Shown: positions 7,129-13,828 of the stretch, piece by piece
Layout: each line of letters opens with the position of its first letter
Position numbering within the stretch: position 1 is the stretch's first letter
Virus record (IMG/VR): IMGVR_UViG_2585427752_000010
Reading direction: 5' to 3' (one strand)
Source of the DNA: a virus
Lineage: Duplodnaviria; Heunggongvirae; Uroviricota; Caudoviricetes
DNA: 19,561 nt
The notes under the pieces: generated by a model
Database searches by the model: none
Told to the model about the DNA's origin: nothing
What the model saw: only the letters and a program-made list of their open reading frames with translations
Translations under genes and position numbers: made by a program

Positions 7129-9466
7129 TCTTATCCGTCAGGTTATCAGTGCGTCTGAAAACAACTGGCCTCATGTGCTGGGCTGCCTGAACATAAATGT
7201 CCCTGACTCTCCGCGCCGTCATGCTCCCTGCCCTGCATGTGGGGGCAAAGATCGATTCCGGTTCGATGACAACGGGCGCGGTAGCTTCATCTGTAATCAG
7301 TGCGGCGCTGGTGATGGGCTGGATTTAATTAAACGCGTAAATAACTGCGACACAACAGAGGCGGCGCTTCTTGCCGCTGATGTTCTGGGTATTGATTACC
7401 GGACAACGGAAACACCAGAAGCCACCAGCCAGAAACGGGAACAACTGGAAACCGAGCGCCAGCGACGCGAACAGGAGCGCCTGAAAAGGGCAGAGAAGGA
7501 CGAACAACAAAGACGGGATACGTTTTCCCGTCAGTTTGATGACATGCGCAGAAAGGCTGTAAACGGCAAATCTGATTATCTGGTTGCGAAAGGGGTAGGT
7601 GATTTTACATTCCCCGTGTTGCCCGATGGATCTCTGTTGCTGGCGCTGGTGGATAAATCCGGCGCAGTCACAGCAGCACAGACTATTACCTCACATGGTG
7701 AAAAAAGACTCCTGACAGGTTCGGCAAAGCGGGGGGCATATCACGCCATAAACGCACAGAAACGACCTCACAGCATCATAATTGCTGAGGGGGTGGCTAC
7801 CGCCCTGTCGTGCCATTTAATTCGCCCTGACGCAATGACAGTGGCAGCAATCGACGCTGGCAACCTGTTGCCAGTAGCGGAAGTCATGCGCAGAACATAT
7901 CCGCAGGCACAAATAATCATTGCTGCAGATAACGATCACCAGCAAGGAGACTCAGAAAGTGGAGGGATCAACACGGGGAAAGATGCCGCAGAGAGGGCCG
8001 CTATTTCCGTAGCTGGCAGGGTGTCTCTGCCACCGACTGACTATAAAGCCGACTGGAACGACTATCACCAACAACACGGGCTGGCGGCAGCCACAGCAGC
8101 ATTTAAAGATTCGATGTACCAGCCACGGGGGAAAGGGGCGCAGGTGAAAAATCACAAACAGTCAGTCGGGGCGCTGAATGAGATCAGTTCTGGCGAGGTG
8201 TTAAGCGATGATGAAATTGCTGTCCTCGAAGAAATCAACCGGACGTTTACGCATGTCACCATCGGCGGGAAACACAAGGTGGGGTCGCTAAAGCCTTCTC
8301 AAACCGGCGGTGTATCGCACGTTTTCGAGGATTTATCACAATTTCAGCATTATTTTCATCATAAACCGAGAGTCGCCAGAAAGCTGGCGGGATCGGCGTG
8401 GCTGTCATGGAGTGGGAAGAACTACAAGCCAGGAGGCGTAGGATTTTATCCAGTACCAGACAAATGCCCTGACGATGTTTTTAATCTGTATGAGGGGCTG
8501 GCACTGGAACCAATTGAAGGAGATTGCACGGTATACCTTAATCACCTGTTGCAGGTTGTCTGTGCCGGTAATGAAGAGGCATACCAATATCTTATCCAGT
8601 GGATGGCGCACATTATCCAAAAGCCTGATGAAAAACCGTCCGTGGCAATCGTGATGAAATCTGTCCCGGGCACAGGGAAAGGCACAACGGTTAAACCGCT
8701 GCTGCAAATACTGGGGCAGTACGCCGCCCACATTAACGGGGCGGGACATATTTCAGGGCGCTTCAATTCAATACTTGCTAACAAGCTACTGGTATTTGCT
8801 GACGAAGTGACGATCCACAAGCCGTCTGAAGCTGACAGACTTAAAGCGATTATTAGCGAACCGACGTTTAACCTTGAGCGCAAGGGAATTGATGCTGAAC
8901 CAATGCCGAATTTTGCCCGGTTGATATTTGCCAGTAACAGCACACAGGTATTACAGGCAGGGATAAGAGAGCGTCGCTATCTCGTGCTTGAGCCATCTCC
9001 TGAAAAAGCACAGAGCCGGGAGTATTTTGATCGGCTGTACAGTTGGCTTAATGATGGCGGTGCCGCAAAGTTGCTTTGGCATCTTAAAGGGGTGGATCTC
9101 TCAGGTTTTGACCCTCAACGAGCGCCACAGACCGATGCCTTACGTGAAGAAATCTTGCTGGGGCTGTCTGGCGTTGAATTGTTTCTTTATGGCGAGCTAA
9201 TCAATGAACCTCCGTTTAATGGCGAAGTCCGTTTGTTTGCAAAGGATATGGTTAGTCGGTTTGTAGCGTGGTCGCTTGAGCGTGGGGAAAAGCTTAAAGA
9301 ACCAGCTGCCAGATCACTACTGGGTAAATCACTTGCACAAATGGGGCTGGTGAAGCATGGAAGACCAGACCGAGGGAATGGCGTGTTCTACGAACTACCA
9401 GAGGTCGGAGTTCTACAGGCTGCGTTTGCCCGTCTGATCGGTATGGGGGGTTATGATGTTTTTTAA
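7112..9466 (+). CDS. P4-alpha-like bifunctional primase-helicase
   Basis: 784 aa; N-terminal zinc ribbon CPACGG...CNQCG; TOPRIM-like motifs IIIAEGVATA and IIAADNDH; C-terminal P-loop NTPase region with Walker A-like PGTGKGTT and Walker B-like LLVFADEV. Start may be GTG 7112 or ATG 7115. Confidence 0.9.
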   Translation: MMRNIDLIRQVISASENNWPHVLGCLNINVPDSPRRHAPCPACGGKDRFRFDDNGRGSFICNQCGAGDGLDLIKRVNNCDTTEAALLAADVLGIDYRTTETPEATSQKREQLETERQRREQERLKRAEKDEQQRRDTFSRQFDDMRRKAVNGKSDYLVAKGVGDFTFPVLPDGSLLLALVDKSGAVTAAQTITSHGEKRLLTGSAKRGAYHAINAQKRPHSIIIAEGVATALSCHLIRPDAMTVAAIDAGNLLPVAEVMRRTYPQAQIIIAADNDHQQGDSESGGINTGKDAAERAAISVAGRVSLPPTDYKADWNDYHQQHGLAAATAAFKDSMYQPRGKGAQVKNHKQSVGALNEISSGEVLSDDEIAVLEEINRTFTHVTIGGKHKVGSLKPSQTGGVSHVFEDLSQFQHYFHHKPRVARKLAGSAWLSWSGKNYKPGGVGFYPVPDKCPDDVFNLYEGLALEPIEGDCTVYLNHLLQVVCAGNEEAYQYLIQWMAHIIQKPDEKPSVAIVMKSVPGTGKGTTVKPLLQILGQYAAHINGAGHISGRFNSILANKLLVFADEVTIHKPSEADRLKAIISEPTFNLERKGIDAEPMPNFARLIFASNSTQVLQAGIRERRYLVLEPSPEKAQSREYFDRLYSWLNDGGAAKLLWHLKGVDLSGFDPQRAPQTDALREEILLGLSGVELFLYGELINEPPFNGEVRLFAKDMVSRFVAWSLERGEKLKEPAARSLLGKSLAQMGLVKHGRPDRGNGVFYELPEVGVLQAAFARLIGMGGYDVF

Positions 9467-9495
9467 TATAGTCTTTTTACAAGAAGATCGTTTTT

Positions 9496-9600
9496 ACCTG
9501 TACCACCTATACCACTTTGCTAATTCAGCATTAAAAACAATGTGTTATAGTGGTACAGGTCAATATCTTACCTATACCAGACCTGTACCACCTATACCAT
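9496..9600. repeat. iteron cluster 1 (putative origin-type repeats) just downstream of the primase
   Basis: ACCTGTACCACCTATACCA at 9496-9514 and 9581-9599, inverted partial copy GTGGTACAGGT at 9550-9560, and partial copy CCTATACCAG at 9571-9580. Confidence 0.6.
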
Positions 9601-9642
9601 TAACAAACGCATTTCTTCTGGCTGGCTGAGAGGGAACAACCA

Positions 9643-9873
9643 ATGATGAGCACACCATTTTACAAAGTGCGCCAGTTAGCTTCTTCCTCTGGCTGGCAGC
9701 TACGGTTTGAGGGGCGTTCAGACTGGCTACCCATTGCGGCATGGGCGAATGTTGAAATGTGTATTGACGGCGATACCGTTGAAATCATTATTCCCTGCGT
9801 GGCAAGTCGGGACGGCTGTATAGAGCCAACAGATATGGCAGCAGAAATCAGAGAGGTAAAACATGAGCAATAA
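9643..9873 (+). CDS. hypothetical protein (76 aa)
   Basis: ATG at 9643 preceded by GAGAGGGAA; stop overlaps the next gene's start. Confidence 0.6.
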   Translation: MMSTPFYKVRQLASSSGWQLRFEGRSDWLPIAAWANVEMCIDGDTVEIIIPCVASRDGCIEPTDMAAEIREVKHEQ

Positions 9874-10600
9874 CTATTGCATACCGCAGGGAATGACCAG
9901 AACGGAGCGCGAAGAATTAAAAAGTTTCGCTACACAGTGCGGGAATGCTGGCGACATCCAAAGTCTGGAACGCACTTTAATTATGATTGCGCACTGGATG
10001 CGTCAGGGGCAAAGGGTTTCATTTACTGAATATGCCAGCCAGTGGACAGAGGCACAGCGCGAACGGAGCGACGGTAATCACTCAACACCCGAAATGGCGA
10101 AGCAATGGCCTTTCAGTGGTAAACGCTGTATCAGTCCCGGTGGTTCAGATTATTACCCTGCTGGTGTGGGAGATGAGCCATGTTGTGACGAGACTGAAAT
10201 CCGCCACGCAGTGACAGTAATTACCGCTGAATACCCACAATTTAACCTTGACGGACTGGCGCTCCACAACCGGAATGCGGACTGGGAAAACCCGCTTGAT
10301 AACCCGTCATTTATCGTATCGGCGAAAAGCTGCCTGAGATGGATCAGAGACAACGGGATGAGTAATGCCCAGATTGAGAGCTTCCCGCAGGATAACCCCA
10401 CATCTGACACGTTGAAGCATGAAGTGGAGCGATATAACCAGATAAACCACCAGCACAGTGATCACCCGCACTATATCCCCAACGGAGCATTTATTGCGGC
10501 GATGGTGGCAAGCGGCTACAAGGTTAAGCCAGCGGGAAGAATGAACGCATTTTTCAATATTTCAAAAAAGGGATTATGTGCTGCTATGGGTAAAAATTAA
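9863..10600 (+). CDS. hypothetical protein (245 aa)
   Basis: ATG at 9863 preceded by GAGAGG; Cys- and His-containing product with no motif recognisable by eye. Confidence 0.7.
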   Translation: MSNNYCIPQGMTRTEREELKSFATQCGNAGDIQSLERTLIMIAHWMRQGQRVSFTEYASQWTEAQRERSDGNHSTPEMAKQWPFSGKRCISPGGSDYYPAGVGDEPCCDETEIRHAVTVITAEYPQFNLDGLALHNRNADWENPLDNPSFIVSAKSCLRWIRDNGMSNAQIESFPQDNPTSDTLKHEVERYNQINHQHSDHPHYIPNGAFIAAMVASGYKVKPAGRMNAFFNISKKGLCAAMGKN

Positions 10601-10605
10601 ATAAA

Positions 10606-10709
10606 TGGTACAGGTCTGTACAGGTGGGGAGAGGTCATTTTTACCCACCTGTACCACCTGCAGGCCGCGTCACACAAGGGTTTGTGACATGGTGGTACAG
10701 GTGGTACAG
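10606..10709. repeat. iteron cluster 2 (same GGTACAGG/CCTGTACC family)
   Basis: TGGTACAGGTCTGTACAGGTGGG (10606-10628), inverted CCCACCTGTACCACCTG (10644-10660), TGGTGGTACAGGTGGTACAGC (10689-10709), plus a GTCACA-N8-TGTGAC inverted repeat (10669-10688). Confidence 0.6.
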
Positions 10710-11074
10710 CAAAAACAGCGATTTTCTTTATAAGGTATGTTTTGCTCATCTGGCAGACGGAGGTATTCGCTGCGGTTTGGCACATAGCCCAGAACAGCAA
10801 AGAGTTTTACGAGACTTTTGTAAAATCCAGTGTACAAGGGCGTGACGTTTTTGAAGGAGAGACCTACGAAATTTTCGTAGTTCAAAAAATAGCCTCTGAG
10901 ATGTTGTTATGCCTGTTCAGCAAACCATCCGCATAGCTGATCGCGAATCAAATTACCAATGGAGCCAGAAGCAAGGGCAGAACTGGAAAGCGCCTGCCGT
11001 GAAGAGTAATGCGACATCGTAAATATAGTTTTTAGAGTCCATAAAAAAACTGTCAAAACCTGACATACAGAACG

Positions 11075-11108
11075 ATGCCACCAGCTACTGAGCGGTGGCA
11101 TTTTTTTG
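11075..11108 (+). terminator. rho-independent terminator
   Basis: ATGCCACC / GGTGGCAT perfect 8-bp stem with 11-nt loop, followed by TTTTTTT. Confidence 0.65.
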
Positions 11109-11169
11109 TGCTATTTGTTTCATATTTTGCAATTACGATGATGAATATTGCGATTTGTGAAACTATAAT

Positions 11170-11189
11170 AACTGTTGTTTTATACAGTT
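11170..11189 (+). promoter_or_regulatory. LexA-box-like site (CTGT-N8-ACAG) between a TATAAT element and the operon's first RBS
   Basis: AACTGTTGTTTTATACAGTT: CTGT at 11172-11175, 8-nt AT-rich spacer, ACAG at 11184-11187; a consensus -10 TATAAT lies at 11164-11169 and the RBS AAGGGGG at 11192-11198. Confidence 0.4.
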
Positions 11190-11202
11190 CTAAGGGGGCG
11201 TT

Positions 11203-11364
11203 ATGGCTATTTCAGTAAAGCCGGTATTGATAAGTGAGAAGCAAATGGAAGCGATAAAGAAAATTCAGGAAGAGCAGCGTAAAAAATCAGGAATTGGAGT
11301 AGCGCCAACTCTGCATGAAATTGCTCGAGGGTTAATAGATAAGGCGCTGGCAGGCTGTATGTGA
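11203..11364 (+). CDS. small DNA-binding-like protein (possible ribbon-helix-helix), 53 aa
   Basis: Not in the ORF track (below its size cutoff). ATG at 11203 with strong RBS TAAGGGGGCG; product MAISVKPVLISEKQMEAIKKIQEEQRKKSGIGVAPTLHEIARGLIDKALAGCM has a strand-helix-helix-like pattern. Confidence 0.45.
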   Translation: MAISVKPVLISEKQMEAIKKIQEEQRKKSGIGVAPTLHEIARGLIDKALAGCM

Positions 11365-11380
11365 AAATGGATGGCATCGC

Positions 11381-11842
11381 ATGGAACTAAAATTTATTGA
11401 TAACCCTGTGCGATTACAGGCCTTTCTTAACGATCCTGGCAATACCGAAAATATTGTTGAGCCGGGGCACACGTACTACATCAAGCCTGATGCGGTATAT
11501 CTCGGCATCTACGAAGGATTGGTGCTGGCTGGCGTTCATGAAGTGCGTAACTTCTGGCATAGCATTGTTGAATGCCATGCGGTGTACGACCCCGGATTCC
11601 GTGGTGAATATGCACTGCAAGGGCATCGATTATTCTGCAAATGGCTTCTCGAAAACTCACCATTCCTTAACAGCATCACTATGGTTCCTGACACCACGAA
11701 ATACGGACGGGCAATTATCCGTTTGCTTGGCGCTACCCGTGTTGGTCACCTTGATGATGCTTATATCAGATGTGGTAAACCCGTCGGCGTAACGCTTTAT
11801 CAGTTAACTCGGCAACAATATAAGGAATTCAGCGAATGTTAA
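11381..11842 (+). CDS. hypothetical protein (153 aa), second gene of the operon
   Basis: ORF starting 17 nt after the small gene; stop overlaps the next start (ATGTTAA). Confidence 0.75.
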   Translation: MELKFIDNPVRLQAFLNDPGNTENIVEPGHTYYIKPDAVYLGIYEGLVLAGVHEVRNFWHSIVECHAVYDPGFRGEYALQGHRLFCKWLLENSPFLNSITMVPDTTKYGRAIIRLLGATRVGHLDDAYIRCGKPVGVTLYQLTRQQYKEFSEC

Positions 11843-12513
11843 TTACCCATATAGCTCATAAACATCTCAATCGTGCCGTATACGAAAAAGGCGGTGATGG
11901 TGGTGCCTCTAAAGCTCAGGCGAAGGCCCAGCAGCAGGCAATTGATTTGCAGCGCGAGCAGTGGAATACGGTGATGAATAATCTCAAGCCGTATGCAGAA
12001 GTCGGATTGCCTGCTTTACAACAACTACAAGGACTGATGACTCTGGAAGGGCAGAATAAAGCCGCGAATGATTTCTTTGGTTCTGGTTTATATAAAACAC
12101 AGGCAGATCAGGCCCGTTATCAGAACCTTGTCTCAGCAGAAGCTACCGGGGGGCTTGGCTCAACAGCTACCAGTAACCAGTTATCTTCCATTGCGCCCAT
12201 GCTTTATAACAATTGGCTTAGTGGGCAAATGCAAAATTATGGAAACCTGCTAAATGTCGGGATGAATGCGGCATCAGGACAGGCAACGGCAGGGCAAAAC
12301 TACGCCAATAATACCGGACAACTCTTGCAGGGGCTTGGCGCTATTCGTGCAGGTCAGGCGCAGCAGCCATCCAGTCTTGCGCGTGGTATTGGTGGGGCAG
12401 CATCAGGCGCTTTAGCGGGTGCGCAACTTGGTTCCGTTGTTCCTGGAATAGGTACTGCGGCAGGCGCTATTGGTGGTGGGCTTATTGGTCTTGTTGGGGG
12501 GCTTGGATTCTAA
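11836..12513 (+). CDS. Gly/Ala/Gln-rich protein with C-terminal glycine-zipper hydrophobic segment (225 aa)
   Basis: AAGGAA RBS; low-complexity Q/A/G/N-rich body; C-terminus GIGGAASGALAGAQLGSVVPGIGTAAGAIGGGLIGLVGGLGF has repeated GxxxG spacing typical of membrane-inserting glycine zippers. Confidence 0.75.
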   Translation: MLITHIAHKHLNRAVYEKGGDGGASKAQAKAQQQAIDLQREQWNTVMNNLKPYAEVGLPALQQLQGLMTLEGQNKAANDFFGSGLYKTQADQARYQNLVSAEATGGLGSTATSNQLSSIAPMLYNNWLSGQMQNYGNLLNVGMNAASGQATAGQNYANNTGQLLQGLGAIRAGQAQQPSSLARGIGGAASGALAGAQLGSVVPGIGTAAGAIGGGLIGLVGGLGF

Positions 12514-13826
12514 TGGCGACATGGCAACTTGGCGGGCTGCCTAGCATGGCACCGCAAAATGATAATGCTCCTCGTTCTTCCGTTCCTCAGCCTGTGCAGT
12601 ATCAGCAGCAGCCAAACGTAGGTTTAATGGCGCTACAGGGGCTAAGAGGCGTTGCTGAGATTAATCAGCAGGCGCAAATTTCCCAGCAGCTAAAAGAATA
12701 TCAGGCACGGTTGGGTAGTGCGGTAGCTAATAATGATCGTGTTGGCGTGCAGAAGTTAATGGCCCAGTATCCCCAGTTTATGGCTGATTCTCAAAAACAG
12801 ATGGGATTCATTGATGCTGAGCAAAATCGGCAGACCGCTGACGCTGCCATGAATCTGCGTCTTGCGTCACAAACTGGAGATCCACTGACCATGCAGAAGG
12901 CCATTCAGCAGGCAAATCCAGTATTACAGCGATTTGGTCTTCCTGCTGAAGAGGTTTATCAGTCTTGGCAGAATGACCCACAGGAATTCAACAGAATCAC
13001 TGACCTCATCCACCTCCATGCTGATCCAAATAGTTACTTTAGTGTTCAAGAGAAGCAGCAAGGGCAGAGTATTGCACAGCAGAACGCAGATACATCTGCA
13101 TATAATGCTCAGGTTAATGCGGAACAGGGTAATCGGCGTCTCGATATGGAGCAGTTCAAAGCCCTATCCGATAACCAGCTACGCACGAGAGAAATGGTTC
13201 TGAAAGCACGACTTGGACGTGCTCAAAATGACATCGAGAGAGACAAGCTCAATGCTGAACTGAGCAAGGTACAGCAGGCGAAAGTGGAGAAGATGAACGA
13301 TAAAATTAATACTGTTGTAGGTAACATCGACTCCTTGAACTCTGCGCTTGAAGTGGGTCATGAACTGGCGGGAATTGTAGGGAAACATCCTTCGGCCGTT
13401 ACCCGTTCGCAGAACTATAACCCCCTGACGCTGGGGTTTGGATTCCTTCCTGATGTAGCAGAAGACACACGAAGCCTACGCGCCAAAGCTGATGAATACA
13501 ACCTAAAGGTTATTCTGCCTAGCCTCAAAGGGACTTTTGGCTCTAACCCAACCGAAGGGGAAAGGGCTGCCCTTATGCAATCTCAAAATGGCATTAAGTC
13601 AGCAACCAGCAATGAGGCATTTTTGCGAGAGTTGAATAAAGCGCAGGACGTAATTATTCGAATGCAGAAACGACAGATTGCCGGGCTCGGTATTCCTGTA
13701 ACCAAATCTAAGGACGAAGAAACTGATACCAAAATGCTGTTGCAGGATCCTTCTCTGGTTAAGGATTATGTGACCGCACATGGCTATCTGCCGGAAAGTT
13801 ACTATCAGGCAAAACTTAAGGGATAG
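12513..13826 (+). CDS. Gln-rich, probably coiled-coil protein (437 aa)
   Basis: ATG overlaps the upstream stop (TAATG); Q-rich N-terminal half and charged, heptad-like central region. Confidence 0.8.
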   Translation: MATWQLGGLPSMAPQNDNAPRSSVPQPVQYQQQPNVGLMALQGLRGVAEINQQAQISQQLKEYQARLGSAVANNDRVGVQKLMAQYPQFMADSQKQMGFIDAEQNRQTADAAMNLRLASQTGDPLTMQKAIQQANPVLQRFGLPAEEVYQSWQNDPQEFNRITDLIHLHADPNSYFSVQEKQQGQSIAQQNADTSAYNAQVNAEQGNRRLDMEQFKALSDNQLRTREMVLKARLGRAQNDIERDKLNAELSKVQQAKVEKMNDKINTVVGNIDSLNSALEVGHELAGIVGKHPSAVTRSQNYNPLTLGFGFLPDVAEDTRSLRAKADEYNLKVILPSLKGTFGSNPTEGERAALMQSQNGIKSATSNEAFLRELNKAQDVIIRMQKRQIAGLGIPVTKSKDEETDTKMLLQDPSLVKDYVTAHGYLPESYYQAKLKG

Positions 13827-13828
13827 CA

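Noticed and set aside
9496-10709. CRISPR array
   Set aside because: The repeats are short (8-20 bp), occur in both orientations, are irregularly spaced and lack uniform spacers; no cas genes are present. They are iteron-like.
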